Positions 26,540-40,258 of a DNA stretch of 64,000 bases are shown one piece after another. The DNA comes from Eledone cirrhosa. Its lineage: Eukaryota. The notes below the pieces were generated by a model. The model saw only the letters and a program-made list of their open reading frames with translations, ran no database searches and had not been told where the DNA came from. Each line of letters begins with the position of its first letter. The stretch's first letter is position 1. The position numbers and the translations under genes are program-made. The stretch covers positions 316,510,001 to 316,574,000 of the forward strand of contig OZ024742.1 in the NCBI GenBank assembly GCA_964016885.1. Direction: 5' to 3'.

Positions 26540-26659
26540 TTATTCTGATGAAATGACAGTAAATAATAACATTGAAATATTGAATGTCTGCATAACTAAA
26601 AGTTTGTAGATAGCAGCTGTTTTAGGTTATGTAACTGTTATAGAAACACGTGTCAATAA
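26540..26659 (+). ncRNA. Type I hammerhead ribozyme with ~90-nt extended stem II
   Basis: UUAUU-CUGAUGA-(A)AUGACAGU...ACUGUUAU(A)-GAAA-CACGUG-UC|AAUAA, with palindromic stem III ACACGUGU and a GUC triplet. Confidence 0.7.
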
Positions 26660-26806
26660 ATTCCTTTCAACTAAACTGTATCCATTCAAATCTTTCTATT
26701 TTTCTCCGGATTACTTTTGGAACTACAACTGGAACCGTCGAGCAAACTATACGTGAGCTGATAATCTACTGTGTGTAATATTTATATTACAACACAACGG
26801 AAAATA

Positions 26807-26880
<74 letters not shown>

Positions 26881-26923
26881 TTCGTTTGTTAAATTGGCAG
26901 CATGACCCTTCCAAAGTATAACA

Positions 26924-26955
<32 letters not shown>

Positions 26956-26975
26956 GTACATATATATGAAAATAA

Positions 26976-27063
26976 TCAGGACCCCGACGGCTGAGCTCCG
27001 GCCGTTTCGACAGCTAGATATCTAGCTATGGAAACAGCCGGAGCTTAAACGTCGGGGTCCTGA
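26976..27063. repeat. GC-rich imperfect palindrome, related to 39706-39826
   Basis: tcaggaccccgacg..gctccggccgtttc..agctagatatctagct..gaaacagccggagc..cgtcggggtcctga. Confidence 0.8.
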
Positions 27064-27138
27064 CTCTTTTCCTATTACCGAGTCTACTATCCTGTACCGA
27101 GTACTCTGGTGTGTTATGGTCCACCTCGTTATGCTCCA

Positions 27139-27192
<54 letters not shown>

Positions 27193-27499
27193 GAAAGGTA
27201 TAGAAAACATTGTAGCAAAAAACCAACAGTATTCCATAATATATAAGTAACTATAGCGTAAAAATGGGAAAAATAGTTAACGTAAGATGTGGGAAAAATA
27301 ATTCAAACTCATCTCAAAGAGAATCAGGATATAGATTCATCCACAGAATTTAGTGAAATCCAGGGAAAAATCAATAGAGCCTTAACTCATGATAAAATAA
27401 AGTTTAAAATACTCATCCTTCAATTTGGAAAAACTTCAAATGCTCTGTATAGTCTTAAAGACTATTTCACGAAAAGTTTCAGTGGAGATGGTCACGGTT

Positions 27500-27536
<37 letters not shown>

Positions 27537-27636
27537 TATTGAAATTTCCGTTGGAAACAGAAAAGGTCATAGAAGTAAAGAGTGCTCTATGTAATTATCA
27601 GAGCAAAATTTAATGTATAAAAATCAATACAATATA

Positions 27637-27714
27637 ATTACCTCATTACCAGAGGTTTCCCGAATGAGGCGAATACGAAAGAAACGTCTTCATTCGTTCG
27701 TCAGACGAGGCAAT
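27637..27714 (-). ncRNA. Type I hammerhead ribozyme, inverted pLTR copy
   Basis: Reverse complement of 32071-32148. Confidence 0.85.
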
Positions 27715-28464
27715 ATAAAACATGGGTAAATACTTGGAAAGTCTCATCAAGAAAATCAAAAAAAGGATATAGACAAATGAGTTAGAAATTGAAATATATA
27801 AAAATCTATCAAGAAATATAGTTAGGTGTGTGTATATGTATGTATATACGCTCACAGATGTGCATATATGTGTTTGCACATGTGTATACGTATAGTGAAA
27901 AAGTGTGCGTAAATATAAAATTTAGGGCAAATGTATCTGTATGTCTGTAATCTACAGACAGAATAGATACATCATAAGAATATGAATATGAAGGCGCGCG
28001 CATAAACACACCTACATACACGTACGCTTAGATGCTGAAGTAAAAGAGGTAAGCGAGTGTAATAAATAAAGGAAAGTATCAATCTCGATATATTTATAAA
28101 AATGTAACAGTAAATTAGAAAGAAAAAGCTTTAGAAAGAAAAAATTAAAGAAAAGAAGACAAAAAAGGGGTACATACATACACAGACACGCATCTCTCAC
28201 AAAAGAAACGCAAAAATATACATGCTTATATACACATGCACACTTACACATCCATACGTTCGATACGTACATAAACACACACACACATACTTACACTCAC
28301 GCATATTGACCTGTTTGCATGCACACGCATAAAAATGAGTAAGTAAAAAGGGAGGGGGGAGAAGAAAAAAGGAACAAAACATAAAACCTAGATGTCAAAA
28401 CACGGATATAAATACACATACACATACGCATAATATATATACACACACACACACACACACATAT

Positions 28465-28495
<31 letters not shown>

Positions 28496-28746
28496 CATAC
28501 ATACACGCACGCACGCGCACATACGTAGTCGCTCATGTACATATATAGAAAGTGTACACACATTAAGGCGTTCAGCCATATTGATACAGGGTGTAAAAAC
28601 TTTCTGTTTCCAACGGAAATTTCAATACTTATAAAGCTCCCAAGGGAATGATCGCAGCATATTCTACATCTTTATGAGATTGGCACCTTCCAGCCCTTTT
28701 AAAGTCGAGGACTCTTCAGTCATAGGATTTTAAACCAATACCGAAC

Positions 28747-30378
28747 ATGGATAAATACCCTTTGGACTACTCTGTAAAGAATATCCCAACACCTTCTAAC
28801 ACTCTCTACATGAAAATACTGATAGACAAAGTAGAGAAGGTTTTTAAAAGAATGAGATGGAAAGCTTTGATTCTCGATGGACAATTTAACACGGATTCTA
28901 CGGAATATTTTGACATAAAAACTCATAAATACCCGCAAAGAGTAAAAGATATGACCGCCTTTGAATTAGACCTAGTTAACCTAATCAACAATATCAATTT
29001 TCGTAAGTACTCTAACCCTTTTCAATCTAAATTATCTAATGATATTTCAACTTTCAAATCTTCTAATAATAAGTTCATCTTCTCCGATAAAACTAAAAAC
29101 CTATATGAAGTTAATAATAATTTACACGACCAACTATTAATAGATAATATCACCTCTAAATACCAAATAGCTAATATAAATACGTACCATAATATAAATA
29201 AGGAAGCTAAAGAATTAGCTGTTTCTTTAAAAATAGATAATAGGACAGAAAAACTTGCTAAACGTTCTGCGTATATCACCCTGAAAGATCATAAACCCGA
29301 CTTTATTAATCGTCCTAGTTGTAGATTAATCAACCCTGCTAAGACTGATATTGGTCTTGCCAGCAAAAAAATTTTAAATAAATTAAATAAACACATTAGA
29401 AGTAAGTCTAAATTACTCCAATGGATAAATAGCTCTTCCGTAGTACATTGGTTTAATAATATTAAAAACAAAATCAGTTCTAGATTCACCCAATTTGACA
29501 TTGTAGATTTCTACCCATCTATTACTCAGACCCTTTTAGCGAAAGCTTTAAATTTCGCTAGAGGGTTTACTAATATCTCCGATATTGAAGAGAATGTCAT
29601 CTTGCATGCTAGGAACACTCTACTTTTTAATGATAATGACACTTGGGTAAAAATATCTAACCCAGAGAACCCATTCGATGTCTCAATGGGCTCTTACGAC
29701 AGTGCAGATGTTTGTGATCTGGTCGGCCTATTCCTCTTACATACACGTAAAGAAAAATTTCCTAACCATATTTTTGGGCTTTATCGCGACGATGGTCTAA
29801 TACTTTCTCATACCACCATAGGCCATAACTTAGATAGATTAAGGAAAGACTTAATAAAAACCTTCGCTAGTTTTAATCTTAAAATTACTATTGACACTAA
29901 CCTTTCCAACGTAGATTTCCTAGATATAAACCTAGATTTGCCTACTGCTTCTTATAAACCATACCATAAACCTAATGGAAACTTAAAATATATAAATAAA
30001 GGATCTTGCCATCCACCTATAGTTTTTAAAAACCTTATCCCTAATATTAGCCGTAGGATCTCCACCCTCTCTTCCTCAGAAGCTATTTTTAATAAGGCAT
30101 CCCCCTACTATAATAAAGCCCTCCAAAATAGCGGTTTTAGCGAACCGATTAAATACATACCTAACTATACTAACTCTATTAAACATAAAAATAGGAAAAG
30201 AAAAATAATCTGGTTCACACCCCCCTACTCTCTAGCAGTTAAAACTAATGTAGGCAAAAAATTCCTTGAGCTCCTAGATAAACATTTCCCTAGAACACAT
30301 AGATACTATAAGATCTTTAACAGAAACTGTGTCAAAATTAGCTATTTAGTCCTATATCCTCAACAAAATATCACCTAG
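28747..30378 (+). CDS. Penelope-like reverse transcriptase
   Basis: 543-aa ORF with ITLKDHK, CRLINP, FDIVDFYPSI, MGSYDSADVCDLVG, YRDDGL, DFLDI, KYINKGSCHPP and RKIIWFTPPYS. Frameshifted or deleted after KISY. Confidence 0.92.
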   Translation: MDKYPLDYSVKNIPTPSNTLYMKILIDKVEKVFKRMRWKALILDGQFNTDSTEYFDIKTHKYPQRVKDMTAFELDLVNLINNINFRKYSNPFQSKLSNDISTFKSSNNKFIFSDKTKNLYEVNNNLHDQLLIDNITSKYQIANINTYHNINKEAKELAVSLKIDNRTEKLAKRSAYITLKDHKPDFINRPSCRLINPAKTDIGLASKKILNKLNKHIRSKSKLLQWINSSSVVHWFNNIKNKISSRFTQFDIVDFYPSITQTLLAKALNFARGFTNISDIEENVILHARNTLLFNDNDTWVKISNPENPFDVSMGSYDSADVCDLVGLFLLHTRKEKFPNHIFGLYRDDGLILSHTTIGHNLDRLRKDLIKTFASFNLKITIDTNLSNVDFLDINLDLPTASYKPYHKPNGNLKYINKGSCHPPIVFKNLIPNISRRISTLSSSEAIFNKASPYYNKALQNSGFSEPIKYIPNYTNSIKHKNRKRKIIWFTPPYSLAVKTNVGKKFLELLDKHFPRTHRYYKIFNRNCVKISYLVLYPQQNIT

Positions 30379-30384
30379 AGAAAA

Positions 30385-30868
30385 TCAAACTTGCTCCTGT
30401 AGAATCAAAAGTGAATGCCCATTACAAGGCAAATGCAACACCAAAGCCATTGTATATGCGGCTAAAGTGACAACCATCAGCAACAACCATCCAGCCACCA
30501 GTGAACGATATGTGGGTATGACGCAAGACAAATTCAAAACGCGTTATTACTCACATGTCGCATCCTTTCGACATCCAGAAAAAAGATTTACAACAGCTCT
30601 GGCTAGCAGAATTTGGGATTTGAAAGACCAAGGCATCCAATATAAATTAGATTGGTCAATTTTGAACCAATCTATAGAATATGCTAGAGGAACAAGAAAA
30701 TGCACGCTCTGCATAAATGAAAAATATTGGATATTGCAAAATCTAAAATCACCAAAGACCTGCCTGAACACAAAGACGGAAATTTTCACCAGTTGCCCAC
30801 ACATGAAATCACACCTGCTTTCCAGCTCATATAAACTTAACACACTTTCAGATACTTATCCTCCATAA
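30385..30868 (+). pseudogene. GIY-YIG endonuclease domain of the same element, out of frame with the RT
   Basis: CSCRIKSECPLQGKC..IVYAAKV..YVGMT..FKTRYYSH..LASRIW..CTLCINEK..LN....IFTSCPH. Confidence 0.88.
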
Positions 30869-31314
30869 ACTCTTATTATTCTCTTTTTAATTACCCTTTC
30901 TGACTTACTTTCATTTTTATCCTTGTCAATAATTTCATTTATTTTTATTCTTATTTTTTATTTTTTATTTTTACTTCACATCCACCAATAACCCCCCCCT
31001 TTATTCTCCGATTCACTTTCCATTTTTTACTTCCCCTTTTTTTTACTTCCCTTTTTCCTTCACTAACTGATTACACATGTCATTTGTGTTTTCCAATCCA
31101 GATATATTTTTCATTTTTATTTTTATTTTTTTATTTTTGCGCAGCCAATCTTACAATTTTATATTTGTACTTACTTATCCACAAGTTTTTTACAACCTGT
31201 ATCAATATGGCTGAACGCCTTAATGTGTGTACACTTTCTATATATGTACATGAGCGACTACGTATGTGCGCGTGCGTGCGTGTATGTATGTATATATATA
31301 TATATATATGTATG

Positions 31315-31349
<35 letters not shown>

Positions 31350-32070
31350 ATTATGCGTATGTGTATGTGTATTTATATCCGTGTTTTGACATCTAGGTTT
31401 TATGTTTTGTTCCTTTTTTCTTCTTCCCCCCTTTTTACTTACTCATTTTTATGCGTGTGCATGCAAACAGGTCAATATGCGTGAGTGTAAGTATGTGTGT
31501 GTGTGTGTGTGTATGTACGTATCGAACGTATGGATGTGTAAGTGTGCATGTGTATATAAGCATGTATATTTTTGCGTTTCTTTTGTGAGAGATGCGTGTC
31601 TGTGTATGTATGTACCCCTTTTTTGTCTTCTTTTCTTTAATTTTTTCTTTCTAAAATTTTTTCTTTCTAATTTACTGTTACATTTTTATAAATATATCGA
31701 GATTGATACTTTCCTTTAATTATTACACTCCCTTACCTCTTTTACTTCAGCATCTAAGCGTACGTGTATGTAGGTGTGTTTATGCGCGCGCCTTCATATT
31801 CATATTCTTATGATGTATCTATTCTGTCTGTAGATTACAGACATACAGATACATTTGCCCTAAATTTTATATTTACGCACACTTTTTCACTATACGTATA
31901 CACATGTGCAAACACATATATGCACATCTGTGAGCGTATATACATACATATACACACACCTAACTATATTTCTTGATAGATTTTTATATATTTCAATTTC
32001 TAACTCATTTGTCTATATCCTTTTTTTGATTTTCTTGATGAGACTTTCCAAGTATTTACCCATGTTTTAT

Positions 32071-32148
32071 ATTGCCTCGTCTGACGAACGAATGAAGACG
32101 TTTCTTTCGTATTCGCCTCATTCGGGAAACCTCTGGTAATGAGGTAAT
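32071..32148 (+). ncRNA. Type I hammerhead ribozyme, Penelope 3' pLTR
   Basis: UUGCCUCGU-CUGACGA-[CGAAUGA...UCAUUCG]-GAAA-CC(UCU)GG-UA|AUGAGGUAA. Stem I has 9 bp and the triplet is GUA. Confidence 0.88.
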
Positions 32149-32170
32149 TATATTGTATTGATTTTTATAC

Positions 32171-32217
<47 letters not shown>

Positions 32218-33044
32218 GTGTGTGTTTGCGTGTGTGGGTTTATACAGATAAACACATACAGACGTCCATTCAGAGAATATTATGTACAACATTAAATGTA
32301 TAATATTTCAGCACATAAAGAAATATAGTTATAATGAACGGAACGTACAAATTTCCGTTCATTGTATATATCTTTTGTATAGTTTTTACATCCATAGGCA
32401 GTTTTCCGCTGGAGCGTTCTTGGATAGACTCAACTGATTTTGGGAATGATATATGTAAATCTGATATGAGAGATCTATTTTCAAAGTTGCACAGCCTTCA
32501 GGCGTTTGATCGATATCATCACATATTTGAAGAATGTTCATTGTTTGTCTGTTTAGTTTTTCGTGTTACACAATGGAACTATATGTTATCTGTCATTATT
32601 TACGCTCGTCTTGAATTACATAATGAATACTAGATTGAAGACGCGTGGTCACCTCAGGAGACGCTGAAGTTATGTTTAGTGTGTAATGCTGAATAATTTG
32701 ATCAGAAAATAATGGATGCTGATGAAGCTAATCTGCTAATGAAAATAATATTGCAAGCCTTTAGTGGTTCAATTAACAGAAAATTCACCATTGTTTTCAC
32801 AAGTTTAGAACTCTAATCACAAAGGAAAATAGAAACATTGTTATCTGGGTGTGTCTGCATGTCTGTGTTTGCTTCAGTAGAAATTTTATAATCAGATTTA
32901 TTTCTGGTCAGAGGCAAAATAAATAAAATAAAAATAAAAACTGTTGAATATTAATTTCTTCATATGCACAATGAAACGTTTTTATTATCCATAATAAAAT
33001 ACAGACATACACACTCACAGACACAAACGCACACACACACACAC

Positions 33045-33159
<115 letters not shown>

Positions 33160-33281
33160 TATATATATATATATATATGCGCGTGTGTGTGTGAAAATGA
33201 AAAGTGGGTACGTTTATATCCACTTCACATTTTTAGATTCCAGAATTCTTCAAGCAAAATACAACACCCTCAAATATATAA

Positions 33282-33402
<121 letters not shown>

Positions 33403-33448
33403 TATATATATACATATATATATATATACACACACATACACACATATA

Positions 33449-33548
<100 letters not shown>

Positions 33549-34324
33549 ACAAAATAATAGGCATTGCGCATCTGTATCTATGACTGTGTATTTATTTTCT
33601 GGATGCAATTTTTTATAAAAATAATTTATGAAAGAAAACAGTTATCATATTGATAATATACTTTCCTATTAAAAACATGTTCTGTAAAATATCAACCATA
33701 ATATAAATGTTTCGAGTTTTGTTGACAATTACAAAGAAGGTTTCAATTTTTCTTATTTAATCACTAAGATATATATTTCTCCTATCGATTAGATGTAAAA
33801 TATATATGATCATGCACAAAAAATACATATGCTTTTGTTACTTTAGTATTTCTGTTTTAATCCTTGTAAAATCTTCCCCAATCAATGTGCATATGATTTA
33901 CGTTGAAGATATATGCTAACCACCATCAATTTTAACGGGCTCCCTGGTATATATATATAAATGGAAAAAATGAAACGAATCTACATCTCTCACTCTTAGT
34001 ATGGCTGTTACTTAAATATAAGTATGTATACGTACATACTTATATGTATACAGACGTACAGTAGTATGTATATATATACATGCACACATATATATATGTA
34101 CGTATGGGTTTACCGAACATTTATTATAATGCTCGGTTTGTTTGTAAACAAACAGCCCGAATTAAGCCGCACAGTGTTTAGCTGCCCTTTTGTTCAACAC
34201 TGACAAAGGAACGATGTACTAGTTTCAAGCTTATTAGCTATTTGTCAGCATCGTATATGCTTCCTACCAGATGATTGAACGTCTGAAAGTATATACTTTC
34301 CTTGTGCATATTAACGGCTGAGCA

Positions 34325-34610
34325 GCCTAATTTGCATATTGAGTGAGTTAGTCGGCCGGGCGCACCGAAAACGATAAATGGAAAAAATGAAACGAAATTT
34401 CCTTTCTCACTCTTAGTATGGCTGTTACTTAAATATAAGTATGTATACAGACGTACAGTAGTATCTATATACATGCACACATATATATATATGTACGTAT
34501 GGGTTTACCGAACAGTTATTATAATGCTCGGTTTGTTTGTAAACAAATAGCCTGAATTTATCGTTTTCGGTGCGCCCCGCCGACTAACTCACTCGATATG
34601 CAAATTAGGC
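34325..34610. repeat. 55-bp inverted repeats flanking a ~180-bp dispersed repeat (MITE-like)
   Basis: Arms at 34325-34379 and 34556-34610. The interior is duplicated at ~33960-34160 and partly at ~39120-39200 and ~62897-62975. Confidence 0.7.
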
Positions 34611-34621
34611 AAACATTCATG

Positions 34622-34717
34622 ATTTTCAGCAAACAGGTGGAGTACTTAGCTTTGATAAGTACCAAAAAGTACGAAACAGAGCTCTGTCAGCTTTATCTCC
34701 CCCTGTTTGCTGAAAAT
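34622..34717 (+). ncRNA. Degenerate hammerhead ribozyme inside a long hairpin
   Basis: AGCU-UUGAUAA(from CUGAUGA)-GUAC(CAAAAA)GUAC-GAAA-CAGAGCUCUG-UC|AGCU, closed by the outer helix AUUUUCAGCAAACAGG/CCUGUUUGCUGAAAAU. Confidence 0.65.
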
Positions 34718-34845
34718 TTAAAGTAAGTGAGACTATATATACATTCATATATATATATGTAAAAGGTAAACAGAAATAACAACAGAATCGGTACAGTATA
34801 TGGAAGGGATATATTAGGTTAACGCTTGATATAGCAGGAAGAGGG

Positions 34846-34882
34846 TCTTAACATTTCGGACGTTAGTCCTTCATCAGAAGAA
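34846..34882 (-). ncRNA. Minimal hammerhead ribozyme with altered stem III
   Basis: UCUU-CUGAUGA-A.GGAC(UAAC)GUCC-GAAA-UG-UU|AAGA. Confidence 0.65.
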
Positions 34883-36299
34883 AGAATGAGAAATAAGATT
34901 GAGGGTCGGGCAGGCTGGAGTTGGAAAATATGTCTTATATATGCGTGCTCTAATGTATTCTTTTATTCTTTTGCCTGTTCCAGCCATCCAGCTGGAGCCA
35001 TGCTGGGGCACCGCCCATGTTGTTACACGTTCTATATCTAGCTTGCGTTGGTTGGCTATTGATGTAGGAAAGAGTTCATTGTTACTGTCCTTAGGTTACA
35101 TGGAATTTCTGTGATATGTATATATTCTCTGTAAAACTAATCTCTGTAATACACATTGAGTACTGATTCGAAAATAATTAACTTACAGTTACTAGACAAA
35201 TTAATGCAATGCTTTGAAAAATAAAAGCATGCTTTTCAAAGAAATAGTAAATATGTAACTATCACAATTTAATTTTAGATTATTATTTTATTTTCAATTT
35301 GCTTTCATTTTGCACATATCTAATAACTGGCATGCGCCTTGAGGGCATGATTATGGGTGCAGAGCAATCTCATCAGCTCCACATAAGCATTTATGTGGCT
35401 CAGACACGCAGACACTGAGACGTTGGGCCACCCCGATGCGAGTGCACTCGTCATCATGAAGGGTACCGGTTGAATTTACGTGAATGTGCTCCGTATTTTT
35501 TTACTTTTGGGAATATGCAATTTCAGATTAGATATTGAATTATTTCCTGGAGACTCTTAGAAACATATTTTTTATATTTAACTATCCAAAAAGTAAATCA
35601 TTAACAACAGAGGTATGTTCAATAAATATGCAGTCACGTTGACGTCTTACTTAAACGCAATGTAAATGTCATAGTGTATGCTTAAGAACTAAGCAAATTC
35701 AGTTCAGTATAACATTTACGCTGAATGTAGGTGGTGCTTTTTAGCCCCAGGTCAGACCCGGTATTTACAGAAATACCTGCTTCACCAATGACTACACATT
35801 TTGTAAAAACATATTCTCGAATCGTGCACTCCGTACACCATTAATCAATGAGTAATTCTATTATATAGTATTGTATAATTTAAGTTGTTCCTATCAATTT
35901 AAAATATCAATGTAGCATGCTTGAAAGGCGTAAGCTAGTAAGCTTTTCCTGTTCCCTCCCGAGCATTATCTTTATCTTTTTATGAAAGATGTATTAATAT
36001 TGAAATGATGAAAATAAGTATTCATGCATAGCTTGCTTCTGTTGGACACAACCAGAGGACGATAGCCCCGGTATGTTGCATAGCTACGGCTATGTAGCCA
36101 ACTGTATCAGCCTGACATATGGACAGGACATGAATTTCATGAAACTCTATAACCAGGATTTAATTGAGACCTTTTGTCAAGGACCTGTTTTTCAGAAAAT
36201 TAGAATAGACCTCCATCAATTTCGATTATGCAGCGCTCGAGTTGATCCATAATCGAAGAGCCTGCACGTGAAATTATCATGAACGGGGCAAATTATTCT

Positions 36300-36637
36300 A
36301 CCGACATGTTTACCTTTGGTTTACTACTCAGAGAACGTTAGCCTGACACAATGAAGAAATCGATGGACAGATTTTACAGGCAAAAACCGACCGACAGGAA
36401 ACCCAGGGATAGAAACCGAACAAGATGGTTGAATAACATCATGAGCTTGGCTGGTCTCGCTTGGTAATCCAGCCGGATCGGTTGGAGACGGTTGCTTCTG
36501 AAAGGACTCGCTGGAAGAAGAAGAAGAAGAAGAAGAAGAAGAAGAAGAAGAAGAAGAAGAAGAAGAAGAAGAAGAAGAAGAAGAAGAAGAAGAAGAAGAA
36601 GAAGAAGAAGAAGAAGAAGAAGAAGAAGAAGAAGAAG
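36300..36637 (+). mobile_element. RTE-clade LINE 3' fragment followed by a (GAA)~41 tract
   Basis: Degenerate translation KPRDRNRTRW...GWSRL..QPDRLETVASERTRW resembles the RTE C-terminus RPRGRPRTRW..WERLGI..LEEVA.ER..W. The GAA tract spans 36514-36637. Confidence 0.7.
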
Positions 36638-37482
36638 GTTTCTTTTGAAACATATAGCAGTAGAATCATACAGCATTCCGAGCCACCAAATACATTTCTT
36701 CCTTCGTTGGGAAAGCTAAATATGGTTTTCTGTAATAAAAACCCATATGAAATGGAATGTTTCATTTTTTGGGGCAACATATTAATTCTTGTGAATGTTC
36801 GTTTTACAAAACATTTGCATGGATACCTGTGATATAATAGATTATGTGATAGTAGAAATCGAAAATATTTATTATTGTTGAACGTTTAAAGCAGTGAATA
36901 AAAACACTATACATCAATAAATAAAATGTCTGTTCTCTAAATTATAAAAGAGATAACAGGTGATATTGAAATTTCATGTGTTTATTTATGATCTGTAAAC
37001 GCCAATATCATTTGTTCTACAGACAGAATTCTAATAGTTCTAACTGCATCACAGATCTCAATAGAGTTTCTATTTGAATTGAACAATATTTGACTCCTAA
37101 TATCTAATAACATTATCTCGAAGCAGAAAACATTATTTATTCCGGTAAAAAACAAATATCAATCTTCCTTTTATATTTTGGGTTATTTTTATCAATATAT
37201 TCCAATCTAATCGACTTTTTGCACATAACTCAATATAACTAATCTCCATCTTTTTATTATTTTACTTTAAATAACATGTAGCAATTTATAAAGAATAATA
37301 GTTAGATGTTGTTACTAAATTGAAACATTGTGTGCTGTTTAGGAAAGTAATAGGAGTAAAACATATTAACAACTTTTCTGTACTTAGAAACGGGGAAACA
37401 TCATTTTCTAGTAAAATAGCTTTCAGTAAATTGGAAAAAAAAGAGAAGATTGTATTGATTATGATGACGATCATGAGACGAA

Positions 37483-37810
37483 GGGGGCAGTAGATTGGCA
37501 GTATCGGTAGCGGGTCGGGCGCCATGCTTTGCAGCATAGAGTTACGTCCCTTTGTGGTATGAGTTCAAATCCCGCCGAGATTAACTTTGCCTTTCATCTT
37601 TACGGGGTCGATAAAATAAAGTAACAGTAATGCACTGGGTAATTGCTGGCCTTGTGTCAAAAGTAGAAAGAAAGTTACGGCCCTTGCCACTCTGAGGTCA
37701 AATCCCGCCGAGGTTAACTTTGCCTTTGATCCTTGTGGGGTCGATCGATAAAATAAAGTACCAGTAATGCAACTGGTGATTTGCTGGCCTTGTGCCAAAT
37801 GTAGAAACAA
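37483..37810 (+). mobile_element. tRNA-derived SINE, one full copy plus a tandem partial copy
   Basis: A-box tggcagtatcgg, B-box gagttcaaatccc, conserved body, then a second body at 37670-37810 with an (att)n tail. Confidence 0.88.
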
Positions 37811-38009
37811 TTATTATTATGAGAAGAAGCATATAAGAGAGGAGTGGGAGATGGCAACAAAGATTATGATCTCAATAACAATGATGATGATTGTGATGGT
37901 TAATAATTGTAGTGATAGATGGGGAGATTCTTAGCTGCTGGTGAGGTCTGTAATAAACATGATTGATAGGGCTGAAACTGATGACAAACATATTGAATAT
38001 ACACATACG

Positions 38010-38120
<111 letters not shown>

Positions 38121-38388
38121 GGACAAACACGGACGGATATATGAACTTTCCTCTCTAAATATGTATGTACAAACTAATAATTTTTCTTCCGGTTTTTATT
38201 ATTCGTATAAATATGCAACATAACTACATTATGCATATCCGCAGTTGAAAAAGCGTATAATGCTGAAACCGCTATTAATAAATGCGGAAATATCCACATT
38301 GTAAATAAAAAAATATTTTGATATTACTCTGAAATAATCTCTTCACCATTTTATATTGAAAAAAATCTTTTCCCTCTCTCTACTATTT

Positions 38389-38458
<70 letters not shown>

Positions 38459-38705
38459 ATAATAATAAATTCGAAGACTAAAATCCAAAGAGGGCTCGAT
38501 AAGGATAAATATATATCAAATATATAAGAACCGTAGAGCAATTGTTCTCCACGCCGCACATATGACGTATTATCTTCGTTTTTTTCCGTTCATTGCCAGA
38601 GAACGTCTCTATGAACCACCTAAGAGAACATTAGTCTACGACTTCTTTTATACCATAAACGTGGTTATGCTTTGCGCGTAATTGTTTTTCACCGCTCCTA
38701 TTAAT

Positions 38706-38812
38706 TGTTTCTACTTTAGGCACAAGGCCAGCAATTACCTAGTGCATTACTGGTATTTTATTTTATCGACCCCGTAAGGATGAAAGGCAAAGTCAACCTC
38801 GGCGGGATTTGA
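38706..38812 (-). mobile_element. 5'-truncated SINE with 15-bp target-site duplication
   Basis: SINE body flanked by accgctcctattaat at 38691-38705 and 38813-38827. Confidence 0.88.
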
Positions 38813-39027
38813 ACCGCTCCTATTAATGACGTATTATATTCGTTTTTTCCCGTTCTTTGCCAGGGAACGGTTCCACGAACCAAAGTATCGTCTTCCTGTC
38901 TTCCTCCGGTTGCAACGTTTTTTGAAATATCCACTTCTGCGTTTACAGATTGACTTTGTTAGTTTCAGAAGATCCCGTTAAGGGTGAAAGCAGCGATTCT
39001 TTGCTTAAACTTTAATCTGGTATTTTA

Positions 39028-39101
<74 letters not shown>

Positions 39102-39511
39102 ATATATATATATATATATACATACATGCACACATATATATATGTACGTATGGATTCACCAAACATTTATTATAATGCTCGGTGTGTTTGTAAACAAACA
39201 TCCCGTATTAAGCTGTAGTGTCTAGCAACCACCGTTGCTCGTTTATTCAACACTGACAAAGGAACGCTGTACTAAGCGGGTAAGCAAGATTATTATGGTG
39301 GTTGTAGTGGTAAGGTATTTATTGTATAGAACAATAAAGTATGTGTGCAGAAAAATAAAAATAAAAAGAAGAAGCAATGATGTTATTACATTGAGCTATT
39401 TATCTTACTGGTAATAAGGTAGTAATAAATTACTGACCTGCACTGTTTAGGGTTTGAAATATACATAACTATAAAAAGTTTTTATATATACATAAACATG
39501 AATAGTATCCC

Positions 39512-39616
<105 letters not shown>

Positions 39617-39705
39617 ATATATATATATAACGGCGGAAATGTGGTAAGGAACCAGGTGGACCATAACGCACCAAAGTACTCAATACTTAGGGTAGTAGAG
39701 TGGGT

Positions 39706-40011
<306 letters not shown>

Positions 40012-40140
40012 TGTGTGTATTTATGTGTTCTGTTATTAATTCTGGCAATATTACACAAATATGACCCTCCCCAAGTATAGCAATATTTGTTTCGACACAC
40101 GATTTCATATAAAAAACCTCGCAAAACTAATTCATCGCCG

Positions 40141-40204
<64 letters not shown>

Positions 40205-40258
40205 GTGAGGTTTTTTTTACAAAATGAAAAATAACCGAGGTGTCCTACACGAGTGAAA

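Larger units (their letters stand above)
27611..32174 (+). mobile_element. Near full-length Penelope-like element (Naiad-like) with ~1 kb inverted pseudo-LTRs
   Basis: 27611-28603 is the reverse complement of ~31183-32174. RT and GIY-YIG coding sequence lies between them, and each arm has a hammerhead. Confidence 0.95.

Noticed and set aside
30385-30868. Selenocysteine recoding, as reported for some Naiad elements
   Set aside because: The conserved Cys positions I checked in this and the other GIY-YIG copies use TGC or TGT, with no in-frame TGA at those sites.
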